DNA from: an uncultured Nitrospiraceae bacterium
GTDB lineage: Bacteria; Nitrospirota; Thermodesulfovibrionia; Thermodesulfovibrionales; SM23-35
Direction of reading: 5' to 3'
DNA length: 64,000 nt
Assembly (NCBI GenBank): GCA_963727775.1
Contig: CAVSHB010000003.1
Coordinates: 288,001-352,000 of the forward strand
Both the position numbers and the translations under genes were made by a program. Below are positions 50,241 through 60,126 of the stretch, piece after piece; within the stretch, counting starts at the first letter, position 1, and every line of letters begins with the position of its first letter. Below the pieces are notes generated by a model that made no database searches, was not told where the DNA came from, and saw nothing but the letters and a program-made list of their open reading frames with translations.

Positions 50241-51281
50241 ATGAGTATAAAACTTCTAGCATTTTCAAAAAAGACATCTGCAATATTTGCTTTTATATCA
50301 CTATTCCTCATTGGATATCTCAATTATATAACGGGACATGAGTTCTATCTGTCTGCATTTTATTTAATGCCTGTCACACTTGTTGCGTTGAAATTCAGCA
50401 GGCCCATAGGAATTTCTGCCGCTGTAATAAGCGCTATTGTGGAAACGACGGTCAATATTTTAGGGGGAGGTTTTTATTATTCTCATCCACTGATTCATTT
50501 TTGGAACATGGCGATTCTCATGGCAATATATATTGTTGTTGCCACTCTGATATCCCTATTAAGAGACGCACATGACAAGGAGAGTGTGAGAGCGGTAGAG
50601 TTAGCACGTTCAAATGCAGATCTTAAGGCGTTTGCCCATATTGTTTCACATGACCTAAAAGAACCTTTAAGAGTCATTACAGGGTTTTTGGCGTTGCTGG
50701 AGAAGCGTTATAAAGACAAACTCGATAATAAAGGGATGGAGTATATCCAGTTTACCGTCGATGGTGCCAAAAGAATGGATGAGCTTATTAAAGACATTTT
50801 GGAATATTCACAAGTCGGGGCTAAAGACAAAGAATTCAAACCTGTAGATTGTTTAGCCGTTTTGAATAAGGCAATTTTCAATTTGCAGGTTGCTATCCAG
50901 GAAAGCGAGGCCGTAGTGACACATGACAGTTTACCTACAGTAATGGTTGATTCCACACTATTGACCAGTCTTTTCCAGAATCTCTTAGGTAACGCCATAA
51001 AGTTCCATGGCGATGAAGCTCCCAACGTTCATATTTCGGCTGAAAGAAAAGAGGACGAATGGGTTTTTTCGGTCCGTGATAATGGTATCGGAATAGACCC
51101 GCAATTTCAAGAACAGATTTTTGCCGCTTTCCGGCGTTTGCACACAAGAGATGAGTATCCTGGCACCGGCATAGGCCTTGCCACCTGCAAAAAAATTGTA
51201 GAGTATCACGGTGGAAGAATTTGGGTGAAGTCAGAGACCGGAAAGGGCGCAACATTTTACTTCACAATTCCCACCCTATAA
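50241..51281 (+). CDS. Membrane sensor histidine kinase
   Basis: TM N-terminus; SHDLKEPL, NAIKF, DNGIG, GTGIGL. Confidence 0.93.
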   Translation: MSIKLLAFSKKTSAIFAFISLFLIGYLNYITGHEFYLSAFYLMPVTLVALKFSRPIGISAAVISAIVETTVNILGGGFYYSHPLIHFWNMAILMAIYIVVATLISLLRDAHDKESVRAVELARSNADLKAFAHIVSHDLKEPLRVITGFLALLEKRYKDKLDNKGMEYIQFTVDGAKRMDELIKDILEYSQVGAKDKEFKPVDCLAVLNKAIFNLQVAIQESEAVVTHDSLPTVMVDSTLLTSLFQNLLGNAIKFHGDEAPNVHISAERKEDEWVFSVRDNGIGIDPQFQEQIFAAFRRLHTRDEYPGTGIGLATCKKIVEYHGGRIWVKSETGKGATFYFTIPTL

Positions 51282-51427
51282 ATCCCATTAGTAATAATTT
51301 TCGGAAAAGGACAGGCATGATATACTCGTTTGCGGTTGTGTAATGCGCACTGAATACTGATCAGTCAAGATGCAGACTTGATGAAGTAGTAATGAAAATA
51401 TTTGGACTCTCATGATCGTTTATTTGT

Positions 51428-51457
51428 GGCTGTTATGTGGAGCTTCACATAACAGCC
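51428..51457. repeat. Palindrome built from RIT terminal motifs
   Basis: GGCTGTTATGTG-GAGCTT-CACATAACAGCC. Confidence 0.75.
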
Positions 51458-51591
51458 ATTGAACTAAGCCGCTGACGCGGCAGGATGAACAGTCAAAGCT
51501 ATAAGGCCCTCCGCCATAAGTAATCTCACAATTTATTCCTCCAGCAGGTATTCATACAATATTCCTATAACCCAAAACGAGGAGGTATTGT

Positions 51592-52455
51592 ATGAAACCG
51601 TTACGTCACAAGATGCTCAACGACATGAAACTAAGGAGGTTTGCACCGAGTACGCAGGAAGCGTACGTGTCGGCTGTAGCAGGCCTGGCCAAGTACTATA
51701 AGCAGTCACCGGACCTGCTTGACAAGGAAAAGATACAGGCATATCTTCTGCATCTCCTGGATAAACGGAAACTTTCATGGGGCACCTGCAATGTCGTCGT
51801 ATCGGGGCTAAGGTTTTTCTACACGCAAACGCTGGGAATAGACTCGATGCATCTGGGGATCCCGCCTATGAAAACGCAGACAAAGCTTCCCGAGGTTCTT
51901 AGTGTCGAGGAGCTTACAAGATTGTTCCAATGCACTCGAAACCTTAAACACAGGGCGATATTGATGACCACATATGCGGCCGGGCTACGCGTAAGTGAAG
52001 TAGTAAATCTGAAGCTTAAAGACATAGACAGTGGCAGGATGATGATCAGGGTATGTCAGAGCAAGGGGAACAAAGACCGCTATACGATTCTGTCACCCCG
52101 TTTATTGACGGAACTGCGAGCTTACTGGAGAAAGTACAAACCCCTTTTCTGGCTTTTCCCCGGGGCATTCTCTGATAGGCCGATGAACAGAGCTACGCCA
52201 GAGAGAATATACTACAGTGCAAAAGAGAGGGCAGGGATAACTAAGGGGGGTTGTATTCATAGCCTGCGCCATTGCTTTGCATCGCATCTTCTTGAAGCTG
52301 GAGTGGATTTGAGAACCATCCAGTTGTTGATGGGTCATTCCTCGATAACGACCACGACGCGCTATATGCGGATAACCAGCAAGAAGCTGTCCGCCACAAA
52401 GAGCCCGCTGGACCTTATAGAGATACCTGACACAAGGAGATTGACTGAAGTGTAA
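51592..52455 (+). CDS. Tyrosine recombinase with an N-terminal SAM-like domain
   Basis: AGLRVSE, KGNKDR, HSLRHCFASH, MGH...TTRY. Confidence 0.94.
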   Translation: MKPLRHKMLNDMKLRRFAPSTQEAYVSAVAGLAKYYKQSPDLLDKEKIQAYLLHLLDKRKLSWGTCNVVVSGLRFFYTQTLGIDSMHLGIPPMKTQTKLPEVLSVEELTRLFQCTRNLKHRAILMTTYAAGLRVSEVVNLKLKDIDSGRMMIRVCQSKGNKDRYTILSPRLLTELRAYWRKYKPLFWLFPGAFSDRPMNRATPERIYYSAKERAGITKGGCIHSLRHCFASHLLEAGVDLRTIQLLMGHSSITTTTRYMRITSKKLSATKSPLDLIEIPDTRRLTEV

Positions 52456-52460
52456 TCTCC

Positions 52461-53690
52461 ATGTCGTCGTCCACGGAAGCCCTGCTGTCGGAGGTAGTAA
52501 AGAAGTGGGAAGTAGCCGATATCTTCCGGGAATTCGGAAAGGTCTATAGGCGTGAGAACTCAGTGCCTTATGCTCAGCGTAAAGTTATGCGGGCAATTGC
52601 CGTATGCCGGACCTCATATCTCGGTGGTCATGTGGAGAAGTGCAACAAATGCGGATTCGAGCAACACGCATACAACTCCTGCCGCAACCGTCATTGCCCA
52701 AAGTGTCAGTGTCTGACAAAAGCACGATGGCTTGAAGACCGCAAGGCTGAGCTTCTGCCGGTGCCGTACTTCCACAATGTCTTTACCCTGCCACATGAAT
52801 TGAATCCTATTGCCCTCAGTAACAGGAAAGCGATCTTCTCTATCCTGTTCAAGGCAGTCTCCGAAACCCTTCTTCAATTCGGCATCAACAATCTTGGTGG
52901 CACGCTTGGCTTTACAGCCATACTGCACACATGGGACCAGAGACTTCTGGGCCATATTCATCTGCATTGTGTAATAGCGGGAGGCGCCCTGTCGCTGGAC
53001 AAAACAAGGTGGATACCCTCGGCAGAAAACTATCTCTTCAATGTAGAAGCTCTCTCTCTGGTATTCAGGGGAAAGTTCATTGAAAACCTGCAGAAGACCT
53101 ACGCAAAGGGTGAGCTGGATTTCCCGGGAACCATTGCAAAGTATGCAACTCCTGAGGGGTTTTCGGGGTTGATAAAAGACCTCAGGGCAAAGAACTGGGT
53201 CGTATTTTCCAAAAAGCCCTTTGCGGGGCCTCAACAGGTTCTCGAGTATATTGGCAGATATACACACAGGGTGGCCATATCGAATAACCGCATAGTGGGT
53301 GTTCAGAACGGTATGGTCACCTTTACCTACAGAGACAGAAAAGATAACAATACCCTTAAATTGACGACAGTAGACTCAGGAGAATTCATCAGACGGTTTC
53401 TTCTTCATGTGCTTCCTCCCGGGTTCATGAAGATACGGCATTTCGGTTTTCTGGCCAACAAGCAAAAGAAAGAGACTATACAGCTCTGCAGAGAACTGAT
53501 AGGCGACAACACTCAACGTCCCGAACGAGAAAAGAAAACCGCAACTGAACTGATGATCGAGCTTACGGGCATAGATATTACCAGATGCCCCTGCTGCAGG
53601 GAAGGCACCATGATCACCGTGATGGAAATGCCATATCCTTCAAGAAGATCATATCGTTATTCCCATAGCGGTTACAAGGACTCATCGTGA
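52461..53690 (+). CDS. IS91-family rolling-circle transposase
   Basis: SCRNRHCPKC zinc domain, HIHLH (HUH), YIGRY (Y2). Confidence 0.95.
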   Translation: MSSSTEALLSEVVKKWEVADIFREFGKVYRRENSVPYAQRKVMRAIAVCRTSYLGGHVEKCNKCGFEQHAYNSCRNRHCPKCQCLTKARWLEDRKAELLPVPYFHNVFTLPHELNPIALSNRKAIFSILFKAVSETLLQFGINNLGGTLGFTAILHTWDQRLLGHIHLHCVIAGGALSLDKTRWIPSAENYLFNVEALSLVFRGKFIENLQKTYAKGELDFPGTIAKYATPEGFSGLIKDLRAKNWVVFSKKPFAGPQQVLEYIGRYTHRVAISNNRIVGVQNGMVTFTYRDRKDNNTLKLTTVDSGEFIRRFLLHVLPPGFMKIRHFGFLANKQKKETIQLCRELIGDNTQRPEREKKTATELMIELTGIDITRCPCCREGTMITVMEMPYPSRRSYRYSHSGYKDSS

Positions 53691-54087
53691 TTATGGATAT
53701 TGTCTCTCGGAAACGGAAGAACCGAAAAGGCTTTGGAACAAGTCACCGAAAAGTTCTGTCTCCTCAGCCTACTTTTCAGCAAACAGTCTCTATTCCCGGT
53801 GGCGTCAAAGCTGATATCCAGTCTATAAGTTCGAGAACCTCAGCGAAAATATTCCTTATAGCCACCAAATACTGCTTCATAGAATAATTCTCATCCTTTA
53901 CAATCCCCATACTCTTTGTTCACACTCCCCCGGGCGGCTCAGCTCAATTTGTTTTATCCGCAATGCCTTTCGGCACTACGGATAAAACACTATTCATTAT
54001 GTGGAGTTCCCCGTTATGTGAAGTAAACCTTGCAAGTATATGAATCACAATAATTATCGCTCAATCTACTTCACATAACGGGTAGGC

Positions 54088-55101
54088 TTACAGTGATTCA
54101 AGCCAGCCTATGATATCATTGTTGTGTTTGATAAGATGCTGCAGGTTCTCGACCTTGCATGCTGGCGCACAAGTCGAAAGGGCCTTACGTTTCATCTCAA
54201 GATCGATTTCCACATATGCATGGGTAGTATCGAGATTGACATGGCCGAGCCAGTTTTTGATTACAGTGAGATCAACCCCCGACTGGAGCAAATGCATAGC
54301 CGTTGTGTGGCGGAACGTATGGGGGCCAACTTTCTTTTTAGCGAGACTGGGACATTGCTCTGTGGCGGCAGAAATTCGCGCCCGGATTATATAGCGCACT
54401 CCGAACCGCGTCAACGGGTATCCTCTGGAGTTTATGAAGACGTTATTCAGAGCAACTGTAAAATGTCCCCGCTCTGCAATATATGATTTTAACAGCGTTG
54501 CTGTTTCAGGCCACAGAGGAACTTGTCTGGTTTTACGACCCTTGCCGGTAATAATCGCGAGCGGCGGCGGTTCGAAATGAACATGCTCCATGCAAAGATC
54601 GCAAGCCTCCTGGACGCGGGCTCCCGTATTATAGAGGAAGTTTAACAGAGCATAGTCTCGCCTGCCGGATGCTTTTTTGCGGTCAATGCAGTCTATGACA
54701 GCCTTTACTTCATTAATCTCAAGATACTCCATCATTGGATGAGAAGATTGTTTAAGTGGGATCGAGATAACTCTTTGATATTGGCTGGCATGCAGAGTGT
54801 CTTGCGTTATAAGATATTCGAAAAAGGTGCGCAAAGCGCTGAGCCGAAGATTTCTGGTTGCTACAGTGCACCGGCGTGTTTTCTCTATATGGATCAAGAA
54901 CGCAAGAACGTTTTCGGCACTCAGATCATCAAGCGATAGTTTTGAGGTGCGGCTTTGGATATGCTTTGATAAAAAGGCCAGAAAAAGTTTGATCGCATCC
55001 CTATAGGCCAAGACGGTATTACTGCTGAGTCCGCGATGGGCTTTGAGATAATCCTGGAAGAACTTTTGGACGTAATGCATCAATATTTCAGATTTGTTCA
55101 T
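54088..55101 (-). CDS. RIT tyrosine recombinase C
   Basis: TGARVQE, GKGRK, HTFRH, LGH...TTHAY. Confidence 0.93.
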   Translation of the reverse strand: MNKSEILMHYVQKFFQDYLKAHRGLSSNTVLAYRDAIKLFLAFLSKHIQSRTSKLSLDDLSAENVLAFLIHIEKTRRCTVATRNLRLSALRTFFEYLITQDTLHASQYQRVISIPLKQSSHPMMEYLEINEVKAVIDCIDRKKASGRRDYALLNFLYNTGARVQEACDLCMEHVHFEPPPLAIITGKGRKTRQVPLWPETATLLKSYIAERGHFTVALNNVFINSRGYPLTRFGVRYIIRARISAATEQCPSLAKKKVGPHTFRHTTAMHLLQSGVDLTVIKNWLGHVNLDTTHAYVEIDLEMKRKALSTCAPACKVENLQHLIKHNNDIIGWLESL

Positions 55102-56075
55102 TGCCGACCTCCTCTCAGAAGATTGTCTGATTTATAGACATGTTCGTAAAACTTCTTCCCGGCGGTTGCTAAAAGATCGGCCGCTGGATGCAAATAAACC
55201 TGGGTGTCCCTGATATGGACATGCCCAAGGTATGTTGCAAGTAAAGGCAGAGAGGCGTTAGGATCCTTTCCTTGCTGGTAAACTTCATTCAGATATCTGG
55301 TAGCGAATGCATGCCTGAAATCGTGCAGGCGAGGGGTATTGCCTTGAGCAGTTATGATGCCTGATTGTCGTATCAGAACTATGAACGTGGACTCGACGCC
55401 ACTGTAGGAGCATCTCTTTGAATGTATATTTATAAAGAAGGGAGCACCGGGTCTTTGGTCATAGCCGTGTTCTGCACGAAGTTGTCTGTATGTTTCAAGA
55501 GCAGCGGCAGAAGATAGTGTCAACGGGACAAGTCGTGACTTGAAGAATTTGCTTTCCCGGATATGCAAAACAGCGTTGTCCGTATCAACGTCTTCTAAAT
55601 TCAGCTTCAGAGCTTCTCTAATCCGCAGGCCGGATACCCACAAAAGCGAAATCAATGTGCTATAGGTGTGGGGGCGCAATGAACCACGAGGATTAAGCAT
55701 TCTTGCCAACCTGATCAATTTCATTGCCTCTTCAGTCGTATAGATATGGGGCAGTCTGATAGTTGGCCCTCGTTTAATCAATCTTGATTCTGGAACGTAA
55801 TTATCCGGGTTGAGCTGAAATAGGAACCGGCAGAACTGGCGCAAATGTATAAACCGAAGATATAAGGTAGATGCATGCAGGTGTTTGGCCGCTTGAAGGT
55901 AGCTGACTATCATTGGCTTCGTCACAGTTTTCGCATCTGGAAAGTATCGGGCTAAATAGAAATTGAATTTATTCAGGGTGTACTCGGCGTCTTTAAGAAT
56001 ACGGCCAAGTGACCGGCGCAGCTGCAGATATTGGTTAATAAAAATACTGAATGGTCCGTTTGATAGTTTTTTCAT
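55098..56075 (-). CDS. RIT tyrosine recombinase B
   Basis: SGLRIRE, SKFFKSR, HDFRH, LATYLGH..T..Y; ATGA overlap with recombinase A. Confidence 0.93.
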   Translation of the reverse strand: MKKLSNGPFSIFINQYLQLRRSLGRILKDAEYTLNKFNFYLARYFPDAKTVTKPMIVSYLQAAKHLHASTLYLRFIHLRQFCRFLFQLNPDNYVPESRLIKRGPTIRLPHIYTTEEAMKLIRLARMLNPRGSLRPHTYSTLISLLWVSGLRIREALKLNLEDVDTDNAVLHIRESKFFKSRLVPLTLSSAAALETYRQLRAEHGYDQRPGAPFFINIHSKRCSYSGVESTFIVLIRQSGIITAQGNTPRLHDFRHAFATRYLNEVYQQGKDPNASLPLLATYLGHVHIRDTQVYLHPAADLLATAGKKFYEHVYKSDNLLRGGRQ

Positions 56076-57010
56076 GACAAAACCTCCAGCCATTCACACG
56101 CCACAAGACGAAGGTGTTTGAGATCGACTTTTGTATAGATGAAGGTGGTGTTTATAGATTTATGCCCCAACAAATCAGCTATCGTCTTGATAGGGGTTTC
56201 ATGTTCCATCAGTCGTGTCGCAAAGGCATGCCGTATGGCATGTGCACTCGCAGCGATACCTGCACTACGGAAAAATCTCTGCATTAAGACCGAAAGAGCA
56301 ACGGCCCTCAGAGGCATAAGGTTATCAATAGTAAGAAACACTTCTGGATAGGTAGCCTTACCACGTGTTTCCCGTATATAGGCAAGCAGCGCATCTGCAA
56401 CCTTTGGGTAAAGAGGGAAAGTTAAAGGGTTACCGCCCTTGCTCGGCTGAATATGGATTAAGCCTTTACGCCAGTTTATGTCCTGCAACAGGAGTTTTAC
56501 TACCTGACCTATTCGCACCCCATATGTCGCCAATAGTTGTAATACTGCATAAGTCCTTCTGCCACGATGAGTTTCACGATCGGTACCAGCAAGAAGTTTT
56601 TCGACAGACTCCCATGGGATACTGCGAGGAACTCTCCCTAATTTGGGGGTTACAATAACTGGGACAGCGTCTGTAAGGTTTTGATGGACATATCCTTTGA
56701 AATGGCAAAACTTTAAGAAGCTTCGAATTGATGTAACAACATGTTTTTGACTTGGACGGTTCATGTGTTTAGCCGTCTTGATAACGTAATCGTGAATCTC
56801 CTTTCCTGATATCTTCCCGATATCTTCCGAATCATTTTGTAGTCTCAGTGATCTCAGAAAAGGCCCAACATCATTCCTTCGAAAACGGATGGTCTTTTCT
56901 GAAATGCCCCGATGCTTGAACAAAAAATCCAGATACTCACTGAGCAGCTTCGATTGGTACGCCCCAACGCAGATACATTCCTTTTGCTCTTGAGACACAA
57001 CCATATGCAC
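56072..57010 (-). CDS. RIT tyrosine recombinase A
   Basis: YGVRIGQ, HAIRH, LGH...TFIY..VD...LR.VA..W. Confidence 0.92.
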   Translation of the reverse strand: MHMVVSQEQKECICVGAYQSKLLSEYLDFLFKHRGISEKTIRFRRNDVGPFLRSLRLQNDSEDIGKISGKEIHDYVIKTAKHMNRPSQKHVVTSIRSFLKFCHFKGYVHQNLTDAVPVIVTPKLGRVPRSIPWESVEKLLAGTDRETHRGRRTYAVLQLLATYGVRIGQVVKLLLQDINWRKGLIHIQPSKGGNPLTFPLYPKVADALLAYIRETRGKATYPEVFLTIDNLMPLRAVALSVLMQRFFRSAGIAASAHAIRHAFATRLMEHETPIKTIADLLGHKSINTTFIYTKVDLKHLRLVACEWLEVLS

Positions 57011-57389
57011 CTCCTCGTTAATGTAGATATTTCAGTGAGGAGTATATCTATTATCAACTTATTATTATGTGGAGTAAATTTTTTCAGAATACTTATTTGA
57101 TAAGGAGTTAAGGCTGCTACTTCACATAACGGGGAACTCCACATAATGGCTGAAAGAGAGATTTTGAAATCGGACCCGATTGTGTTTCTTTCTGGATGTA
57201 CTGCGCCGCAATGATTTTTTCTCGGGTGTGAGGATTTCTTTTGAAAAGTGTGAGGGCCCTGATTCGACCGTGGTGTCAGGTAGTAGGTGTTACCAACAAA
57301 GGGATGGTGCATGGTACGGAGAAAAACATAGAGCCTCGCCTTGTTAAAGGCTTCGGTCTGTTCCTTTGGCCGAACCTGGCAACCTCTCG

Positions 57390-57423
57390 CCGGAATAGGT
57401 GGCCGGATTCGTCGGAATCTCCA
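57390..57423 (-). mobile_element. Orphan IS21-like terminal inverted repeat
   Basis: Reverse complement TGGAGATTCCGACGAATCCGGCCACCTATTCCGG: 5'-TG and internal TTCCG repeats; shares 18 nt with 33753-33770. Confidence 0.55.
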
Positions 57424-57591
57424 TAAGTTCGCTGTTAACCCGATTCATAAAATTTTCGTCTGCCGACAAATACAGTATTTGCGCTCATTCTCGGCCCGGT
57501 ACAAATCGGGCTTCCGAGGTAAATTCTTTCTTCGAAAGAATATAGCCGCTTAAATACTGCATCTGTCGGCAATCTTAATGAATAATGTAGG

Positions 57592-58374
57592 TTAATAATT
57601 AGTTTGGAGCGGCGACAAAACGGTTTGTTCTACTGTTTTACATATTTGAGAGGCTGTCTTTTCCCGGTACTCTTCGATAGTTACAGGATCATGTAAAAAC
57701 ACCCTGACGTGAATCTTTTTTTGAGAGCTGACCCTAATCGCATTTTCTTTAAAAGATTGAGGCTTGTTCCACGCAATTTCCCTTTCTTCTTTATAATGGA
57801 GGGTCACCGGCAATAAAGAAATATTCGGGTTGAGTTCGACTACCTTAAAAATACCTCTATTAAAAGATATCTTTTCCTGAATGCCGCTGGTCGTTCCCTG
57901 CGGGAAAACAGCAAGTATCCGTCCTGAACAACCGCCGGCAATAGCATTAATCACTCTGAGTCTTTCCCTTGAAGAACTGCGTTCAAAAAAAATAACGCCT
58001 GCCAGTCCTGCGATCTGTCCGATTATCGGATAATACCTTACTTCCGCTTTGCTTACGAACACAGAGCCGAATAAAGCCGATAGAACAAAAATATCGAGAA
58101 AGCTAACGTGGTTTGAAACTATTATAAGGTCCTTTCTTTGCCGGGGAATTCGTGAATCAGCTCCGTATTCAATCTTGACCCGAAAAACTGAGAGGCAGAT
58201 TTTTGAATAAAACTGCACAAGCTTCGGACCGACACCATATCGCCACCTGTAGAAGATGAACAATATCAGAAAATAAAATGGCGCTAGGATAAGGGTAATA
58301 ATCAGACACAAAGCCGTCTTCCAATAAAACATCCACAGACTGTTTTGTATATTTTCCTGCTCCGGCTCCGTCAC
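57592..58374 (-). CDS. Lysophospholipid acyltransferase (PlsC family)
   Basis: NHVSFLD, FFER, FPQGTT motifs. Confidence 0.9.
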   Translation of the reverse strand: MTEPEQENIQNSLWMFYWKTALCLIITLILAPFYFLILFIFYRWRYGVGPKLVQFYSKICLSVFRVKIEYGADSRIPRQRKDLIIVSNHVSFLDIFVLSALFGSVFVSKAEVRYYPIIGQIAGLAGVIFFERSSSRERLRVINAIAGGCSGRILAVFPQGTTSGIQEKISFNRGIFKVVELNPNISLLPVTLHYKEEREIAWNKPQSFKENAIRVSSQKKIHVRVFLHDPVTIEEYREKTASQICKTVEQTVLSPLQTNY

Positions 58375-58586
58375 GTTGACTATTTACCTTCCCATAATCA
58401 TCCCTCTCGGGCGATATTGATAGCTGCGAGTATGCAGTATTTTAATCCATTGAACGACCGATAATAAATCGCCTGCAAATATATCGCACGTCAGACTTAC
58501 GGTGTAAATAAGGAAGAAGGGGTATCCCGTACTTTGAGGATAAAGAATAATCAGGTATACTTTTATAAACTAACCATTTATAACTT

Positions 58587-59039
58587 ATGAGAGAATGTCA
58601 TTTTTCATCAAAGTTAAGCAGCAAATATTATAAAGCTCTTGAGAAATTGCTATTTTTTAACAAGAAACAAGCATTTCTTATTAGAGATATTGAAAAAAGT
58701 ATTGAAGAATATGGCGTCCCCAGGATAGTTGCTGATGGAGAAACTTTCCGTATTAAGACTGGTTCAATTAATGATGTCCAAAATTTATTTGCTTTTGATA
58801 GTGAAACTGAAGATGCTGACCTCATTGGATTTATACTATACTATCGTCCTACTTTAAATAAGATAATTATTCTACACATTGCAGTTGATGAAAACTATGC
58901 TTTTGATGGAAAATTCTCAGATCAGACATTAACAATACAGTTGATCAACAAGGTCAAGGAAATTGCTCTTAAAATCAGAGGTATTGAATTATTAAGCATT
59001 GCTTATGGAAAAGACTTTACTATTCCTATAAGAGAATAA
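58587..59039 (+). CDS. Hypothetical protein, possibly GNAT-like fold
   Basis: AT-rich 150-aa ORF; ILHIAVD segment. Confidence 0.6.
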   Translation: MRECHFSSKLSSKYYKALEKLLFFNKKQAFLIRDIEKSIEEYGVPRIVADGETFRIKTGSINDVQNLFAFDSETEDADLIGFILYYRPTLNKIIILHIAVDENYAFDGKFSDQTLTIQLINKVKEIALKIRGIELLSIAYGKDFTIPIRE

Positions 59040-59386
59040 AATAAATATTCCATATGTCTGTATTTATCAGATCTCATGTTTTCGTTTGAAATATTGCATT
59101 GAATGTTTCAATTTCAAATCACAACTTCTTCAGAAGAGGAAGGAAGTCGCCCGGCATTAATCGCTGAATATTTCCTCCTGAATTAAACGGGGCATATTTG
59201 AGGGCTGCACCTTATAAATTCGTCTTTATGTGAGTTTCAGATGTATAACTAAGTTTGCAATCCAGTCTCCCATCTTTGTCTCAGTTAGAACATATAAAAG
59301 CGAAACTATAATTATTGTTAAAATAGTCGATAGTAAAAGTAGAAATAATAATATGTTTGATCATATTTCCCATCTTTTTTGTAAGT

Positions 59387-59626
59387 TCAAGCCTCTTTTT
59401 TACAGTTTAGATTTAAGTTCTTTTTTTCAAAATAGTCTCTAATTTCCTCTTCAGTAAACTGGAAATGCTTTAATACTAAGTAGCTGTCCATCCCTTCCTT
59501 TTTTGAAGCCTCAAAAACAATCTCTATCATTTTTTCCACTGGTATATGGGTAGGACAATCTCGGTCAAGTTCAATAGAGATTTCTTTATTAAATTTATCT
59601 TTAAATGATTCCTTCAGATTTTTCAA
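59387..59626 (-). CDS. Hypothetical protein
   Basis: 79-aa ORF with an upstream GAGGTGG; no recognised motif. Confidence 0.45.
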   Translation of the reverse strand: MKNLKESFKDKFNKEISIELDRDCPTHIPVEKMIEIVFEASKKEGMDSYLVLKHFQFTEEEIRDYFEKKNLNLNCKKEA

Positions 59627-60079
59627 GCAGCCACCTCTCTTACCAATTAAACACTACCTCCTCATTCTTGTTGTTCCGATAAAAAGTGATATTCTTCTAT
59701 TATCTTTTTAATCAATAAATGTCTCTCGCTTAAAGGGACCGCCAAATAGAAACGCGAATCCATCAAAATTGTTATCACTTCTTTTGTCTTATTTTTGTAA
59801 GTTAGCTTTTCCATATTTGTTCTTAGCAATATCCGAAGAACTCATATACTTATTATTGTCCTTTATGCATAAAAAAGATGTCGGTATCTGTCTGATTTTA
59901 TTATCGGTATTTATGTCATTCTTCTGTAAGTGCATGTCCTACATACGGTGCGCATAAAAGGGAATCCTGATAAGTATTTAGGTGGGTTGTTTCCTGGGCT
60001 GAATGTGGCGTACTTCCTCTTCTAAGGAAGTTATTGAGAGGGGTAGGTAAAAAAGAGAGAACCTATTCTAATTAAATAG

Positions 60080-60108
60080 AAGTGCCTCCACTTATTAGAA
60101 GAGGCACC
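60080..60108 (-). terminator. Hairpin downstream of the HU gene
   Basis: GTGCCTC / GAGGCAC stem. Confidence 0.55.
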
Positions 60109-60126
60109 TTATTAAATTACAATAAA

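Larger units (their letters stand above)
51448..54001 (+). mobile_element. Two-gene IS91-like element (tyrosine recombinase plus Y2 transposase)
   Basis: int and IS91 tnp in tandem; apparent ends CATAAC...CATTATG; terminal hairpin GTTTTATCCG...CGGATAAAAC. Confidence 0.8.
53995..57148 (-). mobile_element. RIT element (recombinases in trio)
   Basis: Three overlapping tyrosine recombinases; perfect 31-bp inverted repeat CATTATGTGGAGTTCCCCGTTATGTGAAGTA at 53995-54025 and 57118-57148. Confidence 0.93.

Noticed and set aside
46422..51295. AAATCC(C)ATTAGTAA at about 46423 and 51280 as island boundary repeats
   Set aside because: Short, AT-rich and with an indel; compatible with chance
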